Source: Phycisphaerae bacterium (lineage in GTDB: Bacteria > Planctomycetota > Phycisphaerae > UBA1845 > Fen-1342). From it: a stretch of 64,000 nt of DNA. The stretch spans positions 226,183 to 290,182 of the forward strand of contig CAXXWX010000006.1 of the NCBI GenBank assembly GCA_963675745.2, read 5' to 3'. Shown here one piece after another: positions 42,232 to 52,427 of this stretch. The notes below the pieces were generated by a model that ran no database searches, was not told the origin of the DNA, and saw nothing but the letters and a program-made list of their open reading frames with translations. Every line of letters starts with the position of its first letter. The first letter of the stretch is position 1. Made by a program: the position numbers and the translations under genes.

Positions 42232-42261
42232 ATTTTAGGCATCGGCGTGTCGGAATGTCAA
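42232..42261 (-). promoter_or_regulatory. Sigma70 promoter TTGACA-N18-TAAAAT
   Basis: Consensus -35 and 5/6 -10; same spacer length and position as copy A. Confidence 0.7.
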
Positions 42262-42335
42262 CGCATTTTTCACGCGGAAAAGCCCGTATTCGGCGAATCG
42301 ACATCGCTTACGGGACCGCTTGCGAATATCGTCTG

Positions 42336-42758
42336 CTAGCCGCGGCCGATAACCTTGATCAGAAGCCGCTTACGACGCCCGCCGTCAAACTCGCCGTAGA
42401 AGATCTGCTCCCAGGGCCCCAGATCGAGTCGCCCCGCCGTCACCGCCACGACAACTTCACGCCCCATGACTTGACGCTTGAGATGGGCGTCGGCGTTGTC
42501 CTCGCCTGTCAGATTGTGCCGGTACTGCGAGGTCGGTGCATGCGGCGCGAGCTGCTCAAGCCATTTCTCGTAGTCAGCATGCAGACCTGGTTCGTCGTCA
42601 TTGATGAACACGCTGGCCGTTATGTGCATCGCATTCACCAGCACCAGGCCCTCCTGAACGCCACTATCGGCGATGGCCTGCTGCACCTGCGGCGTGATAT
42701 TGACGAATCCCCGGCGCCCGGGGACGTTGAACCAAAGCTCCTTGCGGTGTGATTCCAT
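42336..42758 (-). CDS. yjbQ: YjbQ/UPF0047 family protein
   Basis: [44 protein letters not shown]. Confidence 0.92.
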   Translation of the reverse strand: MESHRKELWFNVPGRRGFVNITPQVQQAIADSGVQEGLVLVNAMHITASVFINDDEPGLHADYEKWLEQLAPHAPTSQYRHNLTGEDNADAHLKRQVMGREVVVAVTAGRLDLGPWEQIFYGEFDGGRRKRLLIKVIGRG

Positions 42759-42805
42759 GGCTGCCTCGCGGTTTGGGTGGCGTTGAATGGTAGCGGTATA
42801 GCGGC

Positions 42806-43002
42806 GAGCTGTCAGCGGTCAGCATTCAGCGGTCGGCGGCCAGCTATTGGCTGTCAGCGATCGGTGCCGGGTTTTCAGTGTTCAGAGATCAGTTTTCAGC
42901 CGAAGCGAAGAAAGCCGTCAGCGACGGGCACCGACGTTCGGCAGTCCGTTTCTGCTCCTGGAAACTGAACACTGAACACTGAATACCGGAAACAGCAAAC
43001 TG
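42806..43002. repeat. Heptamer arrays: CAGCGGT-type run, then an inverted pair of TTTTCAG/CTGAAC-type arrays
   Basis: GTTTTCAGTGTTCAGAGATCAGTTTTCAG (42871-42899) versus CTGGAAACTGAACACTGAACACTGAATAC... (42958-43002). Confidence 0.75.
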
Positions 43003-43024
43003 GCGTCAACGACGTGAGTTTTTG

Positions 43025-43082
43025 TTGTATCGCCCTCGGCACGGTTGTAGGATTACAATAGTAAACGGCTTGAACCGGTTCA
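43025..43082 (+). promoter_or_regulatory. Putative promoter TTGTAT-N17-TAGGAT with downstream perfect palindrome TGAACCGGTTCA (43071-43082)
   Basis: Perfect 12-bp palindrome matching the sites at 12461 and 12615. Confidence 0.5.
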
Positions 43083-43141
43083 TTGCACATGGGCGTTGCA
43101 ACCGGCTTCTGGCCGGCGGCGACGCTCTGTGGAGATTTCGC

Positions 43142-45511
43142 ATGCACCGTGCCCATCGCTCGGCCGTCATCGTGGCGCTCACGCTACTGCTGTACCCCTC
43201 GCTCACGCTCGCCCAGCCGGCAACCAGACGTTGTCCACGTATGTACACCATCAACTACGACCCCTGGATCGAGGCTCAAAGCAAACGGCTCCACGCGAAC
43301 AACATCGCACCGTGGAACGACCCGGTCTGGCTCAACGGCGAATACGTCGCCGACCTGCAAGCCTCCAGCCACGAGCTGGTCAACTTCCGGCAGACCGTCG
43401 AGCTCAGCGTCGATGAGTATCCGCTCCAGGAGGATGGGTTCCGCTACGACGACGTTGTTTACATGAACTGCGTCTCGACGTGGAGCGGCTGGCACACCGG
43501 GACCATGGTCAACTACAAGTACATCACGCGCAATTTCGATCTCGCGCGCCGTGTCGACATCGGCGAGATCGATGAGGTCAACAATAACTGCGCCCCCTAC
43601 TTCGGCTACTGGGAAACCACCATGTGCGGCTATGGGGGATACTGGTGCAACTCTGGAGCGCAACAGCGCATCCCCAGCGAGAACGTCTTTGTTATTCTGG
43701 GTTTCAACTATGAGCGCGGCGTGGCGGAGATGCTGCACAGCAATTGCCACCGCGACGAGTCCATCATGCGCCAGGTGTACGGATCCTGGAGCATGACCAA
43801 CCCCCAGCACCTGTGGGATCGCTACACGCTGAACATCGGCGTCTCCGGCTCAGCGGGGCACACGGTCTTCGGCATCGGCAACTGCCATTTCCCGGCAAAC
43901 GGTGACTCCGATTACGACTACGCGAATACCCAGGAAGTGCAAAGCACGGCAGGTCTGTGGCTGACCATGGATCCCAACGACCCCGATGATTTCCCGGATC
44001 TGACCGGTGCGCCGCAGACTGTCTCGCGCGCCACGTGGGGTGGCCCTGATTATCACCGCACTTACATGAACTGGTACTACTGGCACCACCCGCACTTTGA
44101 CGGAACAAACTCGCAGGACGGCCGTACGCGGCTCAACAACTGGTGGGAGTATATTTTCAACTTCAATGCCCACTACGACAGCAACGGCCACGACAACACG
44201 GTCAACGGCGCGCCGCCGGCCGCACAGCCGTACGCCGGCCCCAGCGGCAACATCAGCAATAACGGGACCGACGACTGGCGCCCGGGGATAAACGCCGCCG
44301 GTCGCGTGGTCTGGGCGGGGCTGGACGGCTTTGGTGGGATGACGATCTGGTCATCCAACGCCGACGGCAGCGATCTGACCGACGTGTCCAACTTCACGTT
44401 GTTTGTCAACGAGCTGCCGCAGATCAACGCTGTCGGGCAGGTCGTCTGGCAGCTTTTCGACGGCAAGACATTCTGGGTTCTGACCGGCTCGGCCGACGGT
44501 TCGGGCTCGCAGAGCTACTTCAAGGAAGGGCCGGGCCATAATTGGCACGCCGACATTAACGACAGCGGCCGAATCGTCTGGGAAGCCTGGGATGGCGAGG
44601 ACTACGAGATCTACAGCGCCAACGCCGACGGCACGGACATTACGCGCCTGACGGACAACACTCACGGTGGTAGTGGCAAGCCGCGCGATGACATGTGGCC
44701 ACGGATCAACAACGCCGGCCGCGTGGTGTGGATGGGCTATGACGGGGTCAACTGGGAGATATTCGCGGCGGACGCCGACGATCCGGGCTCGGTCATCAAC
44801 ATCTCGAACAACAGCTATGAGAACGAGTACCCGCAGATCGGCGCGGGAGGCAAGGTGGTCTGGCAGGCCTGGATCAGCAGCACCAACGCTGAGGTCTATT
44901 CCGCCAACGCCAACGGCACCGGCGTCCAGCGTCTGACGTCGAATGCGGTGATGGACTGGTGGCCGCGCGTCAACACGGCGGGCGACGTTGTCTGGCAGCA
45001 ACGCAACACGGATTGGGAGATCGTGCTGAACGGCACACCCATTACCGCCAACGCAACCCACGACATGCACCCGGTTATTGATGATGACGGGCGCATCGTG
45101 TGGTTTGCCTGGGACGGCACGGACTGGGAGATTTACAGCTACGAAGGCGGCACGATCTACCAGATCACCGACAACGACTACGATGACCGCGCGCCCGACA
45201 TCGCCGCCGGCCAGCCAATCGCCTGGCACGGCGAGAGTGAGCTCGGCGATCCGAACGAACCCGGATACGTGGGCCCCACCACAGAGATTTTCACGACGGC
45301 GTCGATGGCGTTCGCGCCGGGAGATGTTAACTGCGACGGCTTTGTGAACAACGCCGACATCGACCCGTTTGTCCTCGCGCTGTCGAACCACGGCGGCCCG
45401 GGCGGCTATCTGGAGACGTACCCCGGATGTGACAACGCGGACGTGAACGGTGATGAAGCAGTCAATAACGCGGACATTGATCCGTTTGTGGCATTGCTGG
45501 CGGGCGAGTAG
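43142..45511 (+). CDS. Secreted protein: uncharacterised N-terminal domain + TolB-like beta-propeller repeats + dockerin-like C-terminus
   Basis: Signal peptide; NYERGVAEMLHSNCHRDES; repeated PxINxxGRVVW...DG...EI; GDVNCDGFVNNADIDPFVLAL. Confidence 0.85.
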   Translation: MHRAHRSAVIVALTLLLYPSLTLAQPATRRCPRMYTINYDPWIEAQSKRLHANNIAPWNDPVWLNGEYVADLQASSHELVNFRQTVELSVDEYPLQEDGFRYDDVVYMNCVSTWSGWHTGTMVNYKYITRNFDLARRVDIGEIDEVNNNCAPYFGYWETTMCGYGGYWCNSGAQQRIPSENVFVILGFNYERGVAEMLHSNCHRDESIMRQVYGSWSMTNPQHLWDRYTLNIGVSGSAGHTVFGIGNCHFPANGDSDYDYANTQEVQSTAGLWLTMDPNDPDDFPDLTGAPQTVSRATWGGPDYHRTYMNWYYWHHPHFDGTNSQDGRTRLNNWWEYIFNFNAHYDSNGHDNTVNGAPPAAQPYAGPSGNISNNGTDDWRPGINAAGRVVWAGLDGFGGMTIWSSNADGSDLTDVSNFTLFVNELPQINAVGQVVWQLFDGKTFWVLTGSADGSGSQSYFKEGPGHNWHADINDSGRIVWEAWDGEDYEIYSANADGTDITRLTDNTHGGSGKPRDDMWPRINNAGRVVWMGYDGVNWEIFAADADDPGSVINISNNSYENEYPQIGAGGKVVWQAWISSTNAEVYSANANGTGVQRLTSNAVMDWWPRVNTAGDVVWQQRNTDWEIVLNGTPITANATHDMHPVIDDDGRIVWFAWDGTDWEIYSYEGGTIYQITDNDYDDRAPDIAAGQPIAWHGESELGDPNEPGYVGPTTEIFTTASMAFAPGDVNCDGFVNNADIDPFVLALSNHGGPGGYLETYPGCDNADVNGDEAVNNADIDPFVALLAGE

Positions 45512-45545
45512 CAGCACTTCAGGAGTGTGCGAGAGGAGCCTTGGC

Positions 45546-48500
45546 ATGATTCGATGGAATTGGGCAGCGTTGGGCGTGGCGAGCTTTGTGATATGCGGCG
45601 TCGCAAGGGCCCAGCCGGCGGTGAAGCAGTATCCGCGTTTCACGACGATCAGTTACAACCCGATCCTGACAAGCCAGGGCAATCAGCGCCTGCACGAGTT
45701 CTGGAATTGGTGGAACCCGCGCACCGAAGTGGACGCGTTTATCGAAGGCATGCAGATCGGCTCGCACGAGCGTGTAAACATGCGCCTTACGTATTACCTC
45801 GAGATGGACTTCTGGCCCATCAAGGAGGATGGGTTCCAGTACACGGAGGCCGAATACCTCTCTGGCAATTGGCACATGCCTGATGGCGTTGATTATGCCG
45901 CCATCATACGTAACTACGACCTTGCCCGACGCGTTGATCGCGGTGAAATCGACGAGACGGCGATCTACGGTGCGCCGTATTTCGGCTATTGGGAAACGAC
46001 GATGGCCGGCTACAACGGGTTTTACTGCAATTCCGGCCCGCGTCCGTATGTCGCCTCGTCGCAGATTTTCTGCGTAACCGGGTGGAACTACGAGCGTGTG
46101 GTCTCGTTGCATGCGACCGGCCATCGCGCCGAGTCGACCATCGAGCTTGTTTACAACGGCTGGGACGTCAACGGCAACCGCACGATCTTTGATCGCTTCG
46201 GCTGGAACATCGGCCAGACGACCATCTCGTCGGTCTACGGCATCGGATCGGCACACCTGCCCGCGAATGGCGACGACCACTACGACTACGCCAATCCGCA
46301 AACAGTCGACAGCTACGCCCCGCAGTGGGCCACCATGGATCAATACGTCGGCAACGCATCTTTCCCCGACCCCAATGGGCCCATCGAGCAGGTAAACCGC
46401 CAGACCTGGGGGCTCGGCGAAAGCGGCAATTACGAATTCGAGTACTTCAAGTGGTGGTACGGTCACATGCCCCACTTCGACGGCACCAACAACTTCGACG
46501 GCTATAGCCGCCTGAACAACTGGTGGGAGTATCTCTATAACTTCAACCAGCATTCCGAGAGCAACGGCGACTTTGAGCGCGGCGCCCCCGCGCCGCCGGC
46601 GGTGCCCTACGGCGTGACGCCCGTCACCATCACAAGCAACAACGTCGATGACTGGACCCCGCGCGTAAACGACAACGGCCGCATGGTCTGGAAGGCCGAT
46701 GACGGTTTCGGCGGGCGCGTCATCTGGTCGGCCAACACCGACGGCACGGATATCACCAACGTGTCCAACTTGACGCTCTACCTCAACGACGCGCCGCAAA
46801 TCAACAATTCAGGGCGGATCGTCTGGCAGCTTTTCGACGGCAAGCGCTTCTGGGTGGTCACCGGCAACAGCGACGGCAGCCTCACCGGTCAGGCCTTCCT
46901 GTCCGAAGGCGACGGTAATAACTGGCACCCGGATATCAATGACAGCGGACGGATCGTCTGGGATGCCTGGGACGGCGAGGACTACGAGGTCTTCAGCGCC
47001 AATGCCGACGGCACGGATATTGTCCAGATCACCAATAACGTCTACAGCGGCACGGGCAAGCGCCCCGACGACTGTTGGCCGCGGATCAACAATGATGGCC
47101 GGGTCGTCTGGATGGCCTACGACGGCTACAACTTCGAGATCCACAGTGCCAACTATGACGGCAGCGACTTCCAGCAGATCACCAGCGGCAGCTACCACAA
47201 CGAGTATCCGCAGATCAGCGATTCGGGCAAGGTAGTCTGGCACGCCTGGCACTCGACCACCAACGGCGAGGTCTACTCGGCCACTCGCGCCGGTGCCGGT
47301 ACCAGCTACACGGTCACCCGCCTGAGCAACAACGCCGTGAACGACTGGTGGCCCCAGGTCAACGATGCCGGGGATGTCGTCTGGATGCAGCGCGACGGCA
47401 ATGACTGGGAGGTATTGCTGAACGGCGCCTACATCACCACGAACAACACGCATGACCAGTATCCGGCGATCGACAACAACGGCCGTATTACGTGGCAGGG
47501 GCTCGATGGCGAGGACTGGGAGATCTACGTTTACGACGATGGCACGATTTACCAGCTCACCGACAACGACTACGACGACTGGGCGCCGCAGCCGATGACC
47601 GGCGGTGTGATTGTCTGGCACGGTGAGAGCGTGTTTGGCGACCCGAACGATCCCGGCTACACCGGACCGACCACCGAGATCTTCAGCGCGGTAACCGAAG
47701 ACCTGTTGCCGCCGACGGTCGAATCCGCCGCCTCGGTCGGAGATGCGACGCGCGTCACCGTGATATTCTCGGAGGCCCTCGACCAGGTTACGGCCGAGGA
47801 TCAATTGAACTACGCTGTCGACAATGGCATCGGCGTCAGTGCGGCATCGCTCGCACCGGACCAGCGCACCGTGAGCCTGACGACGTCCGAGCTATCGATG
47901 GGTGTGACCTACACGCTGACGATCAACGATGTCGAAGATCTGGCCGGCAACCCGATCGCGCCGGGCACACAGCAGACGTTTGATCATCAGGGCGCGCAGC
48001 GGGTCACCGATGGACTTGTCGTCCTCTACGATTTTGCCGAGGGTGCCGGCACAACCGTGCATGATGTGTCGGGCGTCGGTTCGCCGATGGACCTCGAGAT
48101 CAGCGACCTGGGTGCGGTCACGTGGACCGAGGACGGCCTGCGCTTCGACTCCGCCGCCCGCGCGGAAACACTGGGTGCCGCCACCAAGGTTATTGACGCC
48201 TGCCAGGCCACCAACGAGATCACGCTTGAAGCCTGGATCATGCCGACACAGGCCACGCAGTCCGGGCCGGGCCGCATCATCACCATCGCGCGCACGGCGA
48301 ATACGCGCAACGTCACGCTGGGCCACGGCTTTGACGCCGGCTCCGCGGGAGATTGCTACGCCGCCATGATCCGTACCTCGGCGGATATCGACGGTCTGCC
48401 CGGGCTCGTCACCGCACTGGGCACGGCGACGACGAATCTGCAACATGTCGCCTTCACGCGCGACGGCATCGGCACCACCGCGATCTACATCGACGGGGAC

Positions 48501-48899
48501 CAGTCAATCACCGGATACGCCGGTGGTGATTTCTCCAATTGGCTGGATACCAGCAACGACCGCTTCATGCTCGGCAATGAGTACACGCTGTCCAGGCCCT
48601 GGTATGGCGAGTACCGGCTGGTTGCCGCATATGATCGCGCACTGAATCCAACCGAGGTGCAGCAGAATTTCCAGGCCGGCCTTGGCGAGGCGCCGACGTA
48701 CGATCCCGGAGACACCAACTGCGACGGGGCCGTAAACAACGGTGACATCGATCCGTTTGTTCTGGCGCTGTCGAACTACGACGGCCCGGGCGGATATCTC
48801 GAAGCGTACCCCGGCTGCAACAATGCCGACGTGGATGGTGACGGCCTGATCAACAACGGCGACATCGACCCCTTCGTCGCCATCCTGACAACCAAGTAA
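45546..48899 (+). CDS. Secreted paralog: same N-domain + propeller + Ig-like + LamG/concanavalin-like + dockerin-like C-terminus
   Basis: GAGGAG RBS; NYERVVSLHATGHRAES; VTVIFSEALD...VEDLAGN (Ig-like); LYDFAEGAG...TLEAWI...HVAFT...YDRAL (LamG); GDTNCDGAVNNGDIDPFV. Confidence 0.88.
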   Translation: MIRWNWAALGVASFVICGVARAQPAVKQYPRFTTISYNPILTSQGNQRLHEFWNWWNPRTEVDAFIEGMQIGSHERVNMRLTYYLEMDFWPIKEDGFQYTEAEYLSGNWHMPDGVDYAAIIRNYDLARRVDRGEIDETAIYGAPYFGYWETTMAGYNGFYCNSGPRPYVASSQIFCVTGWNYERVVSLHATGHRAESTIELVYNGWDVNGNRTIFDRFGWNIGQTTISSVYGIGSAHLPANGDDHYDYANPQTVDSYAPQWATMDQYVGNASFPDPNGPIEQVNRQTWGLGESGNYEFEYFKWWYGHMPHFDGTNNFDGYSRLNNWWEYLYNFNQHSESNGDFERGAPAPPAVPYGVTPVTITSNNVDDWTPRVNDNGRMVWKADDGFGGRVIWSANTDGTDITNVSNLTLYLNDAPQINNSGRIVWQLFDGKRFWVVTGNSDGSLTGQAFLSEGDGNNWHPDINDSGRIVWDAWDGEDYEVFSANADGTDIVQITNNVYSGTGKRPDDCWPRINNDGRVVWMAYDGYNFEIHSANYDGSDFQQITSGSYHNEYPQISDSGKVVWHAWHSTTNGEVYSATRAGAGTSYTVTRLSNNAVNDWWPQVNDAGDVVWMQRDGNDWEVLLNGAYITTNNTHDQYPAIDNNGRITWQGLDGEDWEIYVYDDGTIYQLTDNDYDDWAPQPMTGGVIVWHGESVFGDPNDPGYTGPTTEIFSAVTEDLLPPTVESAASVGDATRVTVIFSEALDQVTAEDQLNYAVDNGIGVSAASLAPDQRTVSLTTSELSMGVTYTLTINDVEDLAGNPIAPGTQQTFDHQGAQRVTDGLVVLYDFAEGAGTTVHDVSGVGSPMDLEISDLGAVTWTEDGLRFDSAARAETLGAATKVIDACQATNEITLEAWIMPTQATQSGPGRIITIARTANTRNVTLGHGFDAGSAGDCYAAMIRTSADIDGLPGLVTALGTATTNLQHVAFTRDGIGTTAIYIDGDQSITGYAGGDFSNWLDTSNDRFMLGNEYTLSRPWYGEYRLVAAYDRALNPTEVQQNFQAGLGEAPTYDPGDTNCDGAVNNGDIDPFVLALSNYDGPGGYLEAYPGCNNADVDGDGLINNGDIDPFVAILTTK

Positions 48900-48907
48900 G
48901 ACGCTTG

Positions 48908-48934
48908 CGTAGCGGCCGACCCGCGAGTCGGCCG
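48908..48934. repeat. GTAG-type REP-like hairpin
   Basis: GTAG-CGGCCGAC-CCGCGA-GTCGGCCG-T between convergent genes. Confidence 0.55.
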
Positions 48935-48951
48935 TTGTCGCTTCACAACCC

Positions 48952-49839
48952 CTATTGCCCGGCCAGTTCCGGCGATACGAATACCAGGATCATCGGCCGC
49001 GCGTTGAAGAGCGCGTGGATCAGCACGCACACGGTCAATGATCTGTACCGCAGGCGGATGTAGCCGAGCACCAGGCCGAAAGTGCACAGTGGCAACACGC
49101 TGGGCAGAACGCCCAGGTGCATGAACCCGAAGGCCAACGCTGATGTGATAACCGCCACCCACGCCTGCCCCGTGATTCGCCAGACAAGTTGGAGCAGGAT
49201 GCCGCGGAACATCAGCTCTTCCCAGAGCGGCGCAATGACCACCGGCGAGACGATCAGCCACACGCGCCCCCAGTCCCCCCAGGCCGATTCGTTATACGCC
49301 TCGAAGACGGGATGGACCGCCTTGGCGTTGCCCGCCCATTCCCAAAGCCGGTTGGTGAACTCGAGTTGCAGCAGGCACACAGTCGTAACGGCCATAGTTC
49401 CGACAAACACGACACCCGCCAGCGCGACCACGTTGGCGCGGCGCTCTAACGCTGGAAACGCCGGCGTCTTCCACAGGATCACAACCATCAGCGCCGCGGA
49501 TATCACCTTTCCCAGCGCGGCGGCCACGCCGGCCACGTGCCACGCGTGTGATCCGGGAGTCGCCAGCTCCGCTTGATCGGTGGTTGACAGCATGAGCGGA
49601 AGAACGGCCGCCGGTACGAGCAGGTACAGCGCCACCGGCGCCATGATCTCGAACAAGGCGGCTTCAGGCAGCACGCGCACCAGCCGTGGATGCACGCCCG
49701 ACAACGGATTGCGCCAACGTCCGTTCAGCACGAGCCAGGCCACGTAGCCGGCGGCGCACAGCCCGCCGGCAACCAATAGCGCCGTGTTCGCGGCGCTGAA
49801 GATCGCGGGTTGCGACACACTCTCAAAAGCGGCTAGCAT
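48952..49839 (-). CDS. CPBP (Abi/CAAX) intramembrane glutamic protease
   Basis: APLWEELMFRG, FGFMH, HALFN motifs; multiple TMs. Confidence 0.9.
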   Translation of the reverse strand: MLAAFESVSQPAIFSAANTALLVAGGLCAAGYVAWLVLNGRWRNPLSGVHPRLVRVLPEAALFEIMAPVALYLLVPAAVLPLMLSTTDQAELATPGSHAWHVAGVAAALGKVISAALMVVILWKTPAFPALERRANVVALAGVVFVGTMAVTTVCLLQLEFTNRLWEWAGNAKAVHPVFEAYNESAWGDWGRVWLIVSPVVIAPLWEELMFRGILLQLVWRITGQAWVAVITSALAFGFMHLGVLPSVLPLCTFGLVLGYIRLRYRSLTVCVLIHALFNARPMILVFVSPELAGQ

Positions 49840-49887
49840 GTGGCTGATCAGGTTCCCTAAACGTACGGCGATTGGAGAGCATCACAC

Positions 49888-50691
49888 TTGTCCGACATCC
49901 TTGACGAGATTCTGGCCAATAAGCGCGTGGAAGTCGAGCGGGACCGGCAATACCGCACGGTGGAGCAACTCCGCGCACGCCCCGCTTTTGCGGCGCCGAC
50001 GCGCAACTTCTATGGCGCGATTGCGGCACCGGTACACAGGCGTCCCAATCTGATCGCCGAAATCAAGCTGCGCAGCCCGTCGGCCGGTTTGATCGTCGCG
50101 GATTTTGATCCGCCCCGGATCGCCAGGATGTATGCCGGGGCCGGCGCCGCCGCGCTCAGCGTGCTCACCGATGAAACGTATTTCGGCGGACGACCGGAGT
50201 ATATCGAGCAGGTCAAGGCGGCGGTCGATCTGCCCGTGTTGCGCAAGGACTTCATCGTCGATGAGTACCAGATCCACGAAAGCCGCGCATTCGGCGCCGA
50301 CGCGATTCTGTTGATATGCGAAGCACTGACCGGCGAACAACTGACCGTGTACACGACAACTGCACGCCGACTTGGCTTGTGTGTGCTGGTCGAGGTGCAC
50401 ACCCGCGCGGCGCTGATGAAGTTCATCGCCGCGGTGCCTGAGCCGCTTCGCGATCACGTGCTGCTGGGCATCAACAACCGCAATCTCAAAATCCAGCAGG
50501 TGGACCTGGCGACAACCGAACAGGTCGCCGAGGTCGTGCCGCCCGGCCTGCCGATCGTGTCAGAGAGCGGGATCAAGACGCGCAAGGATGTGGAACGGAT
50601 GCACAAAGCCGGCGCGCGCGGGCTGTTGATCGGCGAGACACTGCTGCGTGCCGACGATCCGGGCGCGAAAATAAAGGAGCTGTTCGGCTAA
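49888..50691 (+). CDS. trpC: Indole-3-glycerol phosphate synthase
   Basis: IAEIKLRSPSAG, LSVLTDETYFGG, LRKDFI, GINNRNL, VSESGI, LIGETL. Confidence 0.95.
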   Translation: MSDILDEILANKRVEVERDRQYRTVEQLRARPAFAAPTRNFYGAIAAPVHRRPNLIAEIKLRSPSAGLIVADFDPPRIARMYAGAGAAALSVLTDETYFGGRPEYIEQVKAAVDLPVLRKDFIVDEYQIHESRAFGADAILLICEALTGEQLTVYTTTARRLGLCVLVEVHTRAALMKFIAAVPEPLRDHVLLGINNRNLKIQQVDLATTEQVAEVVPPGLPIVSESGIKTRKDVERMHKAGARGLLIGETLLRADDPGAKIKELFG

Positions 50692-50708
50692 ACGTATGCG
50701 GTAGTGCG

Positions 50709-51305
50709 TCAGATCACACGTGCCAGCGCCTCATTCACCGCCGGCCGCAGAGCTTCGGGTATCGTGTCAAGCATCTCGCGCAGGGCTTCCGGGCCTTCGG
50801 TGAACTTCAGTTGGGCGGCAAGCCCGCGGAAGTGCGCGTCGCGCTCGGCGCGGAATGCCGCGAAGGCCACCCCCAACTCATCGCGATTCCAGTGTGACAA
50901 CGGATCGGCGACCCCCGACTGTCGCCGGGCCCAGGTGACGAGCGCGGCTGGTTCATCAGTGTACGCATATAGCGGCAAGACCGCGGCCAGACGATCGCGC
51001 AGCGTCCCGAGCACGTCCGTCGCTGATTCGGGCAGTCCGCGCAATACGTCGTCAAGCGTGGAGTGACCGAGTTGGTCGAGCCAGCCGGCTTGCCGCTGTT
51101 GCTCTTCACCGGGAAATGAAAGCCTGGCCGGCGGCACCAGCATTGTTTTATGTCCCACGGCGAATTGAATCGACACCCGATGCGCGCGGTTGCCGGCGTG
51201 TGACACCTCCTGCACGCGCAGCACCTCGCCCGCGCCCCACTCCGGGCGGGCCGCGTTGCACACTCGCTTGCCCACCAGTTCCGAATTGACTTGCACTTCC
51301 GACAT
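50709..51305 (-). CDS. DUF3553-like hypothetical protein
   Basis: GKRVCNAARPEWGAGEV SH3-like N-terminus; DPLSHWNRDEL. Confidence 0.6.
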   Translation of the reverse strand: MSEVQVNSELVGKRVCNAARPEWGAGEVLRVQEVSHAGNRAHRVSIQFAVGHKTMLVPPARLSFPGEEQQRQAGWLDQLGHSTLDDVLRGLPESATDVLGTLRDRLAAVLPLYAYTDEPAALVTWARRQSGVADPLSHWNRDELGVAFAAFRAERDAHFRGLAAQLKFTEGPEALREMLDTIPEALRPAVNEALARVI

Positions 51306-51729
51306 GCCGCGACTGTAACCCGGCCGCGCGGGCCGTTCAAACATGAGGTTAGCGGACGCACAATGGGGACGCCGGTCCGTTGGGCGGTCGCACGAGTCCG
51401 CCACGCCGAGCTATCGGCGCGAGGGGCTCCTTTAGTGCGGCTCCAAAACTCCACGCGGCGATGCGCGGCACACCTGATATCCGTGGCTGGCAAAAACGGA
51501 CGCTGGAACGCGATGTTAGACCGCTGAGCCGGCTGTCTACGGTTGTCGTGGCCCTGCGGCCGGTATTACCGGCACCGTTGTATGACCGCGTCACGAGGAT
51601 CTCGGCGTGTCAAATCTAAACCGCGTGTAGTGTGACTATATGGGCGCGTATTAGTTGTTTCTGGTGAGACAAGCTTTGACTACTTATTACTTGAGGTAGT
51701 GGTTTCGCCAATGGAACGAGGGTCAGGAG

Positions 51730-52413
51730 ATGCAACAGGACATAACAGCAGCCTCCGATAACAAGCGACCGCATCGGCGGAGGCAACTCGTCATTAGTGC
51801 CAGCCTTCAGTGGAAGTCCGCGGCTTGGCTGATGATGGTCGTATTCGCCGCTTGCGCAACACTCGGTGTGCTGTTGCTTTGCATCCTGCAGCCGTTCGTG
51901 CGGGCGGGGATTATGGACCCGGCGGGCCACCACTTGTTGAAGGCGGTACTTGTTCTCATCGCGTTCGCAATCGGCTTTGCGGCAGTGGCGGCGACGTCGT
52001 TTGGCGTTTGGGGCGCCATGACGACGCAACGAATCTGCGGACCGCTGCGCGTCATCAGCGGCCACCTTAGTGAACTCCGCGCGGGACGGTTTCCGCAATG
52101 CCGCCCGTTGCAGCGCACGGATGAGTTAAAGGAGTTTTACGACGAATTCAGCCAGACGGTGGCTGCCCTGCAAGCACGCAACACCGAACTGCTGACCGCG
52201 CTCCAGTCGGTTCTTGTGCAGGCCTCGGCCAGTGCGAAGGACAACGCCGAGGAAGCCGGAAACGCCAAGCGTGTTTCCGACAGCGTCGCCGCATTGTGCG
52301 ACGAACTCGCGAAAGCCGACCTGTCCGCATTGCAGGCGCGGCAGATGTGCGATGAAGGCCTGTCAAACGGAGCGTGGAGGTGCGCAGCCTACATTTCGGA
52401 TGCGCAGTCTTGA
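51730..52413 (+). CDS. Two-TM protein with HAMP-like domain
   Basis: RRRQLVISASLQWK, two TMs, TQRICGPLRVI...LQRTDELKEF. Confidence 0.65.
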   Translation: MQQDITAASDNKRPHRRRQLVISASLQWKSAAWLMMVVFAACATLGVLLLCILQPFVRAGIMDPAGHHLLKAVLVLIAFAIGFAAVAATSFGVWGAMTTQRICGPLRVISGHLSELRAGRFPQCRPLQRTDELKEFYDEFSQTVAALQARNTELLTALQSVLVQASASAKDNAEEAGNAKRVSDSVAALCDELAKADLSALQARQMCDEGLSNGAWRCAAYISDAQS

Positions 52414-52427
52414 AGGATGCGACAGCT

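Noticed and set aside
44440..47700. Near-identical DNA tracts between the two large paralogs as a DGR template/variable pair
   Set aside because: Differences are not adenine-specific, both copies are coding, and no reverse transcriptase is present.
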